A stretch of DNA of 64,000 nt, from assembly GCF_009914755.1 (NCBI RefSeq), contig NC_060925.1; one strand, 5' to 3'. The notes under the pieces are model-generated. The model was not told where the DNA came from, did no database searches, and saw only the letters and a list, made by a program, of their open reading frames with translations. Positions 27,326 through 40,909 of the stretch are shown here, piece after piece. This DNA comes from the human T2T-CHM13v2.0 reference genome, Homo sapiens. Both the position numbers and the translations under genes were made by a program. Positions within the stretch are counted from its first letter, which is position 1. Every line of letters begins with the position of its first letter.

Positions 27326-28447
27326 GGTATATACATGTTTGTTTCTCTCTGCCTGGTTCCTCTAGACTTTGGAAACTATCTGTGAGTATTCTTATGGCAA
27401 TATAGTTTTTTTCATCAGTGCACGAAGAATCCGTTTTTCTTTTGCAACAGGACCCAATTAGAAAAAATGGTTATTCTACCAAGGGTTTGACTGGAAGGGC
27501 ATACTTCCCTTTAAGGAGTCAAGCTTGACTTACAGAACCAATAAAAGCCTCATGGAAGTGTGGCCTCACACCCTCCCCTACACAGTCTCTGTACAAGGTT
27601 CCTGACCTGTGGTCAGTAAAGAATGTGACTTTCTAACAGGTCTAGGAGCTCCAAGTTTATCTTGGGATCTTAAAAGGAGAGGACCACTCAACTCACAGGT
27701 ATTCGAGGATACAAACCCATGGCTGGGTTGGTTCAACTTTAAAAGGTCTTATCTGAGATGCCTTGTGGAACAGAATTCCATCAAGTCCAATCCAAAAGGC
27801 CTATGTAGAAATAATTATTCTTGTTGTACTTTATGGAAATAATCAGGCCAAGTATAAAACCAAAGTCTATTTTGCAAACCCTCAGTCCTATGATGATTTG
27901 TTTTTTAACAAACATGAGGACTACAGAGAGAGAAATTATATTTCAAAGCTTATCATATATTTGTCATTAAATTCTAAACACACTAGTTGTTTGTAAGTTT
28001 TTGCCTACATTTTAGGATAACCCTGCTTGTTCCTGTGAACCAACCAGCAATCTCCAGCTACAGCTCAGAAAGAACAAGAGGTATGGGTAATGTAGAAATC
28101 TGGATCGATATTCTAGTTCTGAGCAATTATCCTGCAAATCCTGCCAGGTGATGGGAATAAATAGGATGCCCATCACTTGAAGGTTTCTTTTTTGGGAAAG
28201 TAACACCAAGGGAGCTAACCAAAGCCAAGGACCATGCACCCAAATCCTAGCAAGCATAACTGAAGCCACCAGTTATCTGGGTGTGTCACAAGACATCCTT
28301 TTCTTTCCCTTGTTGGAGGAGGACTCAGTTCCACAGTTGCACCTTAGCATTTGGCTTATGATAAGGAGTCCATGCAACCCCCTGGGAAACATTTTTGTCC
28401 CAAACTCAATTCCAAGCTTCAGGTCAATGCTATAAGAAAGAGAACTG

Positions 28448-28871
<424 letters not shown>

Positions 28872-30886
28872 CTATTTCATGGATAAAGGCCACGTTAATG
28901 TCCATGGCATAAATGAGATCTAGGGAACTCCAAGGCTACCAACAGCAAGGGAGATACGGCATACATGGGTAAGAGTGGATGATTCCCACCCCTAAGGGCC
29001 CCCTGCTTCATGGGTGCAAAGCTCTTTTGCACTCATGCCAGACCTGCCTAAGTCGCCCGGACTTGGGGATGCAAGGACGGAAGAGGAAAGAGGACACTCT
29101 TCCTTCTCTCCGTCACATCCCCGGGTATCTGCTAGGAAGAGAAGGGAGCCAGGGATGTCTGCTCCCCTCTTTCTAGATGGGTAGCCATTCATCTTCAGTC
29201 TGTACCCCTTCCAAATGCATCCTGAACCTCTGGGACTCCTTTAACAGGTGCCTCTTTTTTTCCTTTCTCCTTCTCTGTCCTCTCTTCACTAATAGGTAAT
29301 TGTGTCTCTGTACTACAAGACACTCCCTTCAGATGCATCCTACAAACTGGAAGGAGTTAATTTCCCAAACCTTAAAATGGCTGCCATAGGATTGGGCTCA
29401 GGGGAAGAGAACCCAGAAGCCCAACATGCTGGCAAAAGGGTAAAGTATTTTAACCAGTTGGGCTTTTGGCCTCCCTCTTCCTGTGCAAACTGGTAAAAGG
29501 CCTCAGAATTTTTGAGCTGTCCTTAACCCTCCCCTTGTTTCATTTGGATACATGTTTTCTAATAACATAGTTTGTCTCTTCTTGCCTTCAGGCCATCAAA
29601 CTCCAAATAGTCATGCAGCTGGAGCCTCTGACAATGTCCCCTTCTGCTGGGAAACCTTAAATAGACCTTTGAGGGAGCTCGGACTGTTGTTTCCCCAAAA
29701 CAGCATCCCCTGTCAGCAGGAAGCAGTTAAAATGGGTCTTCGTCCTTATCCTTAATCTAACAAAAGTTTGATGTACTTCTTTAGAAAGGGGAACGAGACA
29801 GCCAGGCGGGAGAGGGCTCCCGGAAAAACTCCAACCAGCCTGCACAATGGGGTGGAGCCACAGAAGTTCACACCCTTTGTGGGGAGGAGTTGGGCCCCTC
29901 CTCTTCCTGTGTGGAACCTGGGATTCCAAGGCAGGCGGGAAGTGCTCTAGCAGGGACTCTGGCATTGCAAGAGTCCCTGTTTGCTCCTTTTCTTCCTCTT
30001 TACCCAAAAAAACTTGTCTTACTCACCATTAAAATTGTCTGTGAGCCTGAATTTTCATGACCGTGGGACAAAGAACCCCATTTTTAGCTGAAAGAAGAAA
30101 AAGTCCTGCAACGCATGTTCTTGTGTGTTTCTGGAGTTTGTTCATTTTTTTAGTTGCTGAATAGGATTCCATTGTATAGAATTTGTCCAATTTGTTTATC
30201 CATTTCCCTATTAAGGGGTATTTGGGTTGTTTCCAGTTTTGGGTGACTATAAACAAAACTACTAAAAATATACTGTATAGGTTCTTCTGTAAATCTCAGC
30301 TTTCATTTCATTTGGGTAAAACCTAGGGGGGATTTTCTGGGTTGTACAGCAAGTGTATGCTTAACTTTATAGGAAATTGCCAAACTGAGAAGCAGTTTCT
30401 AAAATGTTTATGAATATTTTAGTCTTCAGAGCTGTGCAGGGTGGGCACTGCTATTATTCCACTCCCAGGTGCTCAGCTCTCCTGGTCTGAGCAGCTTGCT
30501 GCAGTCACAAAGTTGGCACGTGGTGGATCTAGGGAAGGTGGGCTCAGGCACTCTCACTTGATGCAAGTACTGCTCTCTGCTTCAGTTTCTGTTTTCTCAC
30601 TGGCTTCCTTTGCTTTCTCACAGTCTCTGCCCTCCTAACGCAGGCTGGCCCATCCCAGCCTTCTGTGAACCTCCTCCATCGGGACATTTTCCCCGTGGTG
30701 GTGCCATCTGGGGCTGCCCATGCCCTGAGAACTGCAGCTGTGTGCCGAATGCCGGCTCTGCTGCTGGCAAGCCACTGGCCTCCAGCTGCTGCCTCCCTTT
30801 GCCCCATTCCCTGTCAGGGTCCAAAAGAGACAGAACAGTCAGCTCTCCTGGCTACTCTGCTCAGAGCCCCGCACAGCCCAGGGACC

Positions 30887-30920
30887 TAGTGACACCTATT
30901 GGCCATTTGTTAGAACTGTG
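30887..30920 (-). promoter_or_regulatory. CTCF motif with upstream module
   Basis: Minus strand CACAGTTCT-9nt-CCAATAGGTGTCACTA. Confidence 0.6.
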
Positions 30921-31181
30921 GCTGCACTTGAGTTCAATGTGCAACAAGAAGGCTCTGACGCAGCTTCACATTAAATAGGCACATACGTGGCAAAAGGATA
31001 CGTGCTCATGTTTAAAAATTCAAACAGCTGGTACAGACATACAATAAAAAGTAAAGTTTCTCCTCCCTGTAGCTCGGTTTACTCCTGTGATTAGCGTTTT
31101 CTGTTTTTAGTTATCTGGTCAGCACACAAACATAAATAACATGATAATACATGGAAATCCTTGATTTATCCACTTTAGATA

Positions 31182-31612
31182 GTGTGTTAGTCCATTCTCT
31201 CTTGCTATAAAGACATGTTTGAGACTGGATAATTTATAAAGAAAAGAGGTTTAATAGCTCACGGTTCTGCAGGCTGCACAGGAGGCATGACGCTGGCATC
31301 TGCTCAGCTTCTGGGAGGCTTCCGGAAACTTACCATCATGACCGAAGGCAACCTGGGAGCAGGTGCATCACATGGCCATAGTGGGAGCAAGAGAGAGAGG
31401 GAGAGTGCAGGGGTAGGGGCCACACACTTGTAAACAACCAGATCTCACAGTAACTCACTATTGTGAGGACATTACCAAGGGGGATGGTGCTAAACCATTC
31501 ATGAGAAATCTGCCCCGGAGATCCAATCACCTCCCACTGCGCCCCACCTCCGACACTGGGGATTACATTTTAAAATGAGATTTGGGCAAGAACACACATC
31601 CAAACTATACTA
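31182..31612 (-). mobile_element. MaLR LTR (MSTA/MSTB)
   Basis: tgtgttagtccatt...aatttataaagaaaagagg...gagatttggg...atccaaactata. Confidence 0.88.
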
Positions 31613-31777
31613 GATGGTGTCTATTACCTACATTGTAGGAAAGATGAAGAATTTAGGGCATTATAGGGCTTTCCTGTCTTCCTGTCCCCTTTACTTCCTG
31701 GTTTCAATCTGTAATATGACTAGGTTTTTCTAATGGCTAGATTTATGCTTTAAAAAAAAGGACCTAAATTTCAATTT

Positions 31778-32101
<324 letters not shown>

Positions 32102-33239
32102 AAATCTCAATTTTTTGATGTATTATTTTTAGAAAAAGTCTATATTGATTCTCCACTACACACACACACATACACAAAGTTAGTGCATGTAGACTTTCCT
32201 CTGCTTTCCACCTCCAGAGTTCTGTGAGCCATAATATCACTTTTGTGTTGCACGTGTTTATAGAATTTGAATACTGAAGTAGCCATAATTAAGTGTTCTG
32301 TGCTTGAAGTTGATTCTAAAAATTGAAAACCCTTAAACAGTATTTAAGGCATTATTATTATGTAAACACGAGTTACTGCAGAACCAAGTACTGTGATTAG
32401 GCCCACGGAAAAGGAAATAAAATACTATGTAATTAAACCTTGGGCACTCAAAGGAGAATGTTCTATGAATAAAGGTCTCTTTTCTCCACTCCATTAATTA
32501 TCCAGTTACCCACACTTCAGTTACTTCAAATTTGAACCACGACTTTCTTAGACTGTCTTGTTTTCCCTGGATTTCTAATTGTCATTCTATTTGCTGTAAT
32601 TTTTATTGAAGAATAACATATCTCATCTGATTGTTTAGAATTGACTTAGACCTGCTTAGAATCTTTATTCTGTGTTCTTATTTCTATAATTTCTGGAGTG
32701 GAAGTGACTTCCTCTGGTGGAAGTGGAGCAATCTTCCCCAAGTCCTCTGACTTTTTGGATGCATTGTTTTCTGGGGCAGCTGTGTAGCTGTCAGCTTAGA
32801 ATTTTTTCTGGGACACCTGAGTACTACATTCTCATGGATCTTGTGACATTTTCTTTCTTAGATTTTATTTTTATTGCTAAAGTTTAGATTTGCTGGAACA
32901 TGTGCTACATCAGTATAACATGGTGATTAAGAGTGGGCCTTCTGAGTTTGAAACTGCTTCATATTAGTCCTGTGGCCTTGGATAACTGGATCTCAGCACT
33001 GTGGCATCTTCATCTGTAAAACGGGCACAATGCAGCTCTCTTATAAGTTATTTTGAGATGGAGTGAGACAATATATGTAGTACTGTTAGGACAATGACCA
33101 ATAAATGATAAATCTAATATTTTGGTGGATTTTGCAAGCGAGAGGAGTAATGGGGTGTGTGCTCATTTGGCCATCCTGAATTGGCAGACAAGACATATTT
33201 CTGAAGTAGTCAAGAAGGCCCACCTCGTCACTATGCACA

Positions 33240-34090
33240 TCCTCAATGCCCTCATGCCATCCTCGATGCCAATGACTGGCATGTACGTCTCCAGAGCTCC
33301 CTCCTGAATCCAGTCTTCTGTCACTGACTGTGTCCTTGACATCTCCACCTGCATGTCCATTGCTCAAAACCAAACTTCTGATCCTCTCCCCTAACTTGTT
33401 CCACTTACAGTGTTCTCCACCTCAGGATGGAGCTGCCATCTTTCTAGAATCTCAGGCCAAGTATTTTGGAATCATGTTGATTCTTTTCTTTCTCTTGAAT
33501 CTTCATTTCATCCATCAGAAAATTCTGGATACTTTAGCTTCAAGATATGCCCAGTATTCCATCACTTCTGACCCCACCACCATCACCCCATCTCAACTGT
33601 CATAATCTCTCACCTGGATGGTGTAGTGGTCTCCTAACTGGCCCCCCTGCCTCCACGTGGCTCTCTGCTGTCTAGCCCCAAACTTGTTGGGTGTGATCCT
33701 ATTTTATGTCCTCTTCTTGGGGCACTCCTCCCTCTGACTCCTGTATGCTGTCCAAATGGCCATGGAACATTTCATGCCTTTGTTCAGATCACCGTCTCTG
33801 TGAGGACTTCCTCGACCACTCTTTATTGTTGCAGCCTCCTCTGGGCATCCTAACCCTCCTATTTGGCTCTATTTCTTCTTTTTCATGGCGCATGCCACCT
33901 TCTAAATCATGACATAAGTTACATACTTATCATGTTTAGCGTTCCCTGTCTGTTTCCCCTGCTAGAATGTCAGCTCCTTGAGGGCAGAATTTTTTTTATT
34001 TGCCTTGTTTACCAATGTATTCCAAGTACTTAGTACAGCAAGCACCTGGCTCAGTTGTAGGTACAGAATATGAATACATATGAATAAGAA
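33240..34090 (+). mobile_element. L2 fragments
   Basis: ttgacatctccacctg...ctagaatgtcagctccttgagggcag. Confidence 0.65.
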
Positions 34091-35497
34091 TTCTCAGTTG
34101 TAGGCAAAACTGAGGATGTGCATAGTGGCAAGGTGGGTCTTCTTGATGACTTCTCAACAATTCTCAGTTGTAGGCACTGAATATGAATTCATACTAAATA
34201 AGAACACATACTCAGTGAAGGAATTTGCAAATGATAATGAGGAGCGTGGAGGAGCTCCCACACTGCCTTGCCCCACAGTTTAGCTATTGAAGGTGACATC
34301 TGAAGGAGGCAGTTTGGCTAATAAGTACAGGGGGCAGACTCTCCTTAAGGGTAAGAGTGACAGGGAGGTCACTTTCAGAGTGCAAGAAGGGTGACAGGAA
34401 ACATGAGCATGAGCAGGGCCTGAGGGTCTCAAGGGCCCCTTCTAGCTCTAACCTTCAGTGATTTCAGGCCAGGTGAGGTGCTGAGCTCCCTGGCCCCAGA
34501 AGCATTCCAGCATAGGCTGGCTGATGTCTCAGCAGGGATGCTGTGGAGGGGCCCAAGCATGAGAAAAGTACAAGAAGTGGATGCCCTCAAGGCCTTCTCT
34601 AGTAATAAGACTTGAAAATTAAACAACTCACCCCTCCCTGACCACTCTCACACTCCAAAGCCTGAGGCCTGGAGTCCCTGGGCCAGCTGGGGAGGGTCCT
34701 CCTGAGCTATTGCCTCACCCTCCCTACGCCCCTGTTACCCCATGGTTATGGCCACAGCACCTCCTCCTTCTTCCCTTCCCACGCAGAGCTCATTCTATTT
34801 TTGGTGAGGCCAGGTGACAGTGACCCTGACAAAGAGCACTGCTTGGTCAGATGGAAGGAAGGCAAGTGAGGGGCACCTGCCTCTAAGCCTTATTCTCCCA
34901 TGTCTTCCCCCAGCTCTCCTCCATCCACCAACATGGCCACAAGGCCGCCTCTGGACCAGATCTATCCATCGGGTTTGCTCTGTGGTGCCCCACTTGGAGA
35001 CACAGGTGGACATGGTGTTCAGAGGTGTGGGACAAACACATAAGATGGACGAGAGCAATGGTGGAGAGATGGGAAGGGAGGCTGAGGCCGGGCGTGGAGG
35101 ACACGTCCCTGAGGCACCCAGCAGCCTGAACACTCTCATTTTGTCTCTTTTCATCAGAGTCCTTAATCTCTTAAACTGCCTGATGCCAAGAAATGTAGAG
35201 CTGCAGGATATGCTGGGCCCCACCCACGAAATTTGTATTTATTCACAGCCTTCTTATAAGCAAATATGTTCTTTTGTCAATAAGCCACCCGGAAGAGTGT
35301 CTCTGGGGACATCACCCCTTTGCTTTTATTTCTCTGGAAAATAATTAAAGAACATTCACATCAGAAAGATTTTATGAATTTATGTAATCCCTGAAATGTT
35401 GAGTTTATGCATTCCCACACCTCCCATCTAATTATCCCATTCCCCTCACATTAAAAAGAAGACCAGATTATTTTCCATCATTTTCTTCTGAAGTATG

Positions 35498-35797
35498 CTT
35501 TTTGTTTTTTGTTTTTTGAGACGGAGTCTCGCCCTGTCACCCAGGCTGGAGTGCAGTGGCGCAATCTCAGCTCACTGCAAGCTCTGCCTCTGGGTTCACG
35601 GCATTCTCCTGCCTCAGCCTCCCGAGTATCTGGGACTACAGGCGCCCGCCACCACGCCTGGCTAAGTTTTTATATTTTTAGTAGAGATGGGGTTTCACCG
35701 TGTTAGCCAGGATGGTCTCGATATCCTGACCTCATGATCCACCCGCCTCGGCCTCCCAAAGTGCTGGGATTGCAGGCGTGAGCCACCGCGCCTGGCC
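35498..35797 (-). mobile_element. AluY, antisense
   Basis: CpG-rich dimer; TSD ctgaagtatg. Confidence 0.93.
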
Positions 35798-36284
35798 CTG
35801 AAGTATGTTTTTGCAATTCAGCAGCTGCTCCACTGTAATGATGGGGGAGGGACCAAGAAAGGCAAACAGAAAGCAATGCAAACTTGGTAACAAACACAGG
35901 CACCTCCCCACCTGCTTCCGTGAACATCTGCATAGCGTTCTCAAACCTTACCTCCTTCCATATGTAATTCAGTCAAGCAGCTGTTATTTCTTTTCCAGTT
36001 TTATAGATGAGGTAACCAGAGCTCAGAGAGGTTAAACAGCAACGGGTAGTGGCCTGTACAGGAGCCAGGCCTTCCGGCTCCAAGTCTCGTGTGCTCTCTT
36101 CCTGCTTCACAAATGCCTCTCCCCAAATAGGACTCTGTGGCCCACGATACTCACTGAGGACATTTGGTGAAGTGACTAAGCATGGACTCCAGGGATGCAC
36201 AGTTCTAGCTCTGACTTACTATTGTGTGGTCTTAGTCTAAACTAATTTCTTTAAGTCTCAGTTACCTCATCTGTAAAATAGGGA

Positions 36285-37003
36285 TGTGGCAGGCCAATTC
36301 TCCCTGATAGTCACACAGACAGGCCTGCATGACAGTCACACAGACAGGCCTGCATAGCACCCCAGCTACACAGACAAATTTCCACAGCACTGCCTTAACA
36401 TTGAGCAAATAGTTAAACCTAGAGAAATCGGTGCCCAGACATCAAAGCTGGAAATGAAACATATGGTCAGTAGGAGCCTTGCATGGGCTTCTCCCTAATC
36501 TGGAGCAAGCCAAAATAATAGAGACAGTCATAGATTCCTAGTGCCAGGACCTGTCTCTGGTCAATGAAATCTGAGACGAGTCAAGGTAACAGAGGCAGCT
36601 GTTTGAATAGATTCATTGGAGAGTCTAAGACAGCTCTCCGGACCAAGCCATAAAGGAGATAAGAGAGAAATAATCACTCCAGTACCACAGTAGACAGGCC
36701 TTGAAGGTATTGGAGGCCTTTTAATTGGACTTAGCAAGCTTTTTTTTTGCCTCTGACCTTCTAGTTGAAACAAAATTAGTTACCAATAGACTTAGGTGAA
36801 TGCTATACTGCACAGAGGCACATAATCCCAACCTATATAAGCACTGAGAAAACTGTAACACTTTGAGTTGGACTGATAGAATTATCTCTGACCTTCTCAC
36901 TGTATCTGGTTACAGCAATAAGTTCCCTTCTTTCCTAGTTTGTCTGCTTCTCATTATTGGGCCTTGAGAAAACACAGCTGAACTCAGCTTGGTTCCAGGA
37001 ACA
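36285..37003 (+). mobile_element. ERVL solo LTR (MER54/MER73-like) inserted in a MIR
   Basis: tgtggcaggccaattctccctga...ccaggaaca, flanked by ggga; internal direct repeat agtcacacagacaggcctgcat. Confidence 0.7.
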
Positions 37004-37449
37004 GGGACAGTAATGAATAAGTATTGCATAGGCCTGTTATGCACCCTAAATAAGATAATTTATGCAAAAAGCTTAGCATAAGGTATGACACATTAATTCC
37101 TAATAAGTAGTAGTTATTCTTATGGCAAGCTCTCTGTTGAGTGGGCAGTATTAATCAGAGGAGATTGGAAGAGGGCAAAGACAATAAAGTTGGTTAGTTG
37201 AGGTAAAATTAGGAGACATGAAACAGGTCAGCTAGATGTCAAAGAGACAGGTGGACTTTGAGAAGTGACAAAAGACAAAACAAAAAGAGGAAGTGGGCAT
37301 AATCTTAGAATATTTCTTTTAACCACAAATGTGAGGGAAGCCGGGCCTCTCTTCTCTTTGAGGAGACCCTAAAAGTAACAGCTCAGAGATCTGAACCAAC
37401 TGAGAAACAATCCCCAAAAATGTGTGCAGCCAAGAGACCACCTTTGTGA

Positions 37450-37851
37450 TTGTGATGATTAAGTTTATGTGTCAACTTGACTGGGCCACAGAGTGTCCAG
37501 ACATTTGGTCAAACATGATTCTGAGTGTTTTGTGAGGGTCTCTCTGGGTGAGATGAACATGTGAATAATTAGACTAAATAGAGCAGATTGCCCTGCCTAA
37601 TGTGGGTGGGGACCATCCAGTCTGTTGAAGGCCTGAATAAAACAAAAGGGCTGATTCTTCTTCTAGTAAGGGGGAACTCTTCCTGCCTTGGGCTGGGACA
37701 TTAGTTTTTCAGCCTTCAGACTCAAACTGAAAAATGGCTCTTCTTGGGTCTTGAGCTTGCTGGCATTTGGACTGAAAGAAACTGTACTATTGGCTCTCCA
37801 GCTTGCTGACTGCAGATCTTAGGATATGTCAACCTCTACAGTCACAAGAGC
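37450..37851 (+). mobile_element. MLT2 (ERVL) LTR, 5' and middle part
   Basis: tgtgatgattaagtttatgtgtcaacttgactgggcca start. Confidence 0.85.
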
Positions 37852-38242
37852 CATACTGCTCTCCTAATATGTGGGGCTGTCCCCTCAAAGAAACATTCTG
37901 CCTCTGTGGAGCCTCCTGAGACCACTGCTGGGCAGTTGAGATTTTGTCCCTCAAGAACTCGAGTCCACTCCAGGCCACACTATACTCGAGGCTGAGGTTT
38001 GCTCTTTGTTTGCCCATTCTAAATTATAGATAGACCCGTTTCACTGGGTCTGTCCTATCCCAGGCTAAAGCATGGGGGAATTTCTTCACTTTCTCCTTCC
38101 TCTTCACTCAAGACCAGCACAAGGTTGCAAACTAGAAAAATGTATCTGTTCTAAAGACGGAAGCCTTCCCTCTCATGGAAGTCCAGCCTCGAGAGCAGAC
38201 GCTTAGCCCGCCCATTTGGTTCTCGCACCCTTGTTAATCATT

Positions 38243-38705
38243 GTGTTTGTCAGTGTTCTCTAGAGAAACAGAACCAACAGGATGTGTGTGCTTGTGTGTG
38301 TGTGGTTTTTTTGTGTGTACTCACATGCACCCATGAGGTAAGCACACAGATATACACCTATCTGTGTACACAAATGCATATACATTTATACACACACATA
38401 CACATGCACACATACAGAAAGATTGGTTTATTAGAATGAATTAGCTCTTGTGACTGTAGAGGCTGACATATCTCAAGATCTGCAGTCAGCAAGCTGGAGA
38501 TCCAGGAGATCCAATAGCATAGTTTCTTTCAGTCCATATGCCAGCAAGCTCAAGACCCAAGAAGAGCCATTTTTCAGTTTGCGTCTGAAAGCAGAAAAAC
38601 TTATGTCCCAGCCCAAAGCAGGAGTTCCCCCTTACTTGAGGAAGAATAAGCCCTTTTGTTACATTCAGGCCTTCAACAGACTGGATGGGGTCCACCCACA
38701 TTAGG
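38243..38705 (-). mobile_element. MLT2 (ERVL) LTR, middle and 3' part, inverted
   Basis: gttctctagagaaacagaaccaacagga (reverse-complement 3' end), CA-rich tract, reverse complement of 37596-37851. Confidence 0.85.
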
Positions 38706-40710
38706 GTGGAGTTTGTTCTGCCACTGTGCAGTTATCATTCTGGGATGGGGGTACCTTACTCTCCCAATGAGAAATTCTAAATTTCCTCTTTTGAGCCTGG
38801 TGCCTCCACCTTCTCAGAACTGCATAGGGCGTGAGCTTTGTTGGTGATGTGACCTCCAGAACAGACTGTGAGCAGATTTTTTTCTTTAATCCTGAGCCTA
38901 TGCTTGCTGCTGTCCTTCTTGACTTTCAACTAGGCCTAAAAAAGCGGCCTCGGTGGGAATGCATTTCTCTTGCTCCACGTCTATTTTAGTTGCATATCTG
39001 TAGTGATGACAAATGCCTCCAGCCTTGTCCTCTGCAAGGCTGCACTGGGCTGCATACAGGCTCCTGTCTCAGGTGTCTGGTTTCCTCCTTGAAAGGTTGG
39101 GGCAGCAGAGTCAGCCCTGTCTATCTGGGCAAGGCCCTGACACTTGGAAGCATGAAAAGCCATGGTTCAGGTGGAGTGAGCTTCCAATGCCCTTGGAAGG
39201 ATTTTATTTCAGGGCCGTGGGGCTTAAAAGTCATCACTGTACAATCCACTGGGAGCAAAGATCAAGATAAGATGTGATGGATATCATAAAAGCGGAACAG
39301 AACATCCCATTGCTCAGAGATGGGAGAACAACTCTGAATGGAGAGGGCTCAGGTTATATACATTCACCCTTTTCATGGGAAAGTGTGAGGCCTGAGGTGG
39401 GGAAACAAAGATAGTGGCAGCTACTTTCCGCTTCCCAGGGTGGCTGATGAAAGCCAACATGTCACAGAGAAGAAGCTCTCTCAGCAACAGCAGCTGGTGG
39501 TGCTGTGGCCAAAGGCTGGCCAGGGAGCAGCACGATCCGTGTGAACCGAGTTGGGCCCTGGGCAGCCAGAGCCACACATTCCCTCTCCATGGGCCTCTGC
39601 TGAGACCTATAGGGCTTCACATGCATGCAGTGCAGTCCCAGGGCCAGCAGCATCAGCATCCCCTGGGAACATGTTAGAATGGCAGTCTCAGGCTCTACAC
39701 AGACCCACTGAATCAGTATCTGTATTTTCACAGGATCCTCAGGTGATCCACAAGCACATGAAAGTGTGAGAAGCCCTTCCTCTTGCTGAACAGTTTCCTC
39801 ATCCAAGCTCCTTCTCTTCCGTTGTTTCTTAGGGAAGCCAGAATACCTCCCGGATTTCCTAGGGAGTGCACTGGATTTTATGCCAGTTTGATTACCCACA
39901 GTTTTCTTCCTCATTCATTCATTCATTCAGTCAGTCAGTCAAATAGTAATTGAGCACCTCCTGTGTTCCAGTATGTGTTCTGTCTGCACCCCTGGTCCTC
40001 CTGGCCTTGACTTGCTGGGTTACTTCTGTTAGGATGGGAAGAACTTGGGACTTGGTGTATGAAAGCCACTTACTTGGGCAGGTAGACACTGACACATGAG
40101 CAGGAGAGAAGTTACCTTGGTGTCAAGTGCCGACCTTAGAGTTTGAGACAGGTGGAGGAGTGTGAAATGCAGCCCCCGTGGGGAGACCCATCACATGTCC
40201 CATGTGCACAGGCTGTGTGCTGTCCCATTTGGCAGCACACTGCAGTAGCCCCACCAGGCTGATGACAATTGAGAAATGCATCCACCCAAAGCAGGAACTC
40301 TGTGTCGGAGTTTAGGAGCACCTGAGCTGTTAGGCCAGCCCGGCATCTCCTGAAGGCCCACTCTCCCTTTGTGTGGTAAGACCCCCTCTGTGGGGGTGTG
40401 ATGAGAGCAGTACTCAGAACAGCAACCACAGCTGAAGCCCACTAAGGAATCCAGGAGATGTGCTGGGCCCTGGAGTGGGAGCACCTTGCCACTGGATTAA
40501 AAAACCTGCCAGTCAGGGCTTTAACTGGGAAACAGGTGACAGTCCAGCAGGGCCCTGCATTCTGGTCAGACTGAGAATGAGGACATGTGAAACAAAGGCC
40601 AGTAGATATGGTCTGGGGCAGCCTAAATCTTCCCACTTCAATGCTGCTTCTCCCCCAAGGGGAACTTTGGGGTGCAGAGGCTGAAACAGCAGTTGGAGAG
40701 ACGTGTGGAC
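38410..40710 (-). other. FCRL5: FCRL5 3' UTR (distal end inferred)
   Basis: Follows the stop codon; AATAAA at 39203-39208 and 38427-38432 on the minus strand, the latter followed by a GU-rich tract. Confidence 0.7.
38427..38432 (-). terminator. FCRL5: Distal poly(A) signal AATAAA within MLT2 LTR sequence
   Basis: tttatt on + strand; the downstream minus-strand sequence is TG-rich ((CA)n on +). Confidence 0.7.
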
Positions 40711-40800
40711 TCATCTGTGAGGAGCTGAGGAAGCCAAGAACAGGGATCCGGAAACCGGGGTTGACGCCACCTTAACTTCAGAGTAGATGATAGGGGAACC
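40711..40800 (-). CDS. FCRL5: FCRL5 last coding exon (exon 17; second ITIM IIYSEV, stop)
   Basis: tcctAG| then GSPIIYSEVKVASTPVSGSLFLASSAPHR-TGA. Confidence 0.95.
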   Translation of the reverse strand, partial: GSPIIYSEVKVASTPVSGSLFLASSAPHR

Positions 40801-40877
40801 CTAGGAAGCAAGAGCACATGCGTGAGGACCAGGGTGGGCCTGGGGGTGGGGGAGGGCATGCAGAAGGGGAGACTCAC

Positions 40878-40909
40878 CTTGTTCCTGAGATGCCTGGGGT
40901 CAGAGGCCA
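40878..40909 (-). CDS. FCRL5: FCRL5 cytoplasmic micro-exon (exon 16)
   Basis: 32 bp, ccacAG|...|GTgagt; VASDPRHLRNK. Confidence 0.93.

Noticed and set aside
34790-34806. Possible + strand micro-exon (cccacgcAG|17 nt|GTgagg) and nearby 142/176-aa ORFs
   Set aside because: Length does not match the 21-nt FCRL leader exon; no partner exons or recognisable protein
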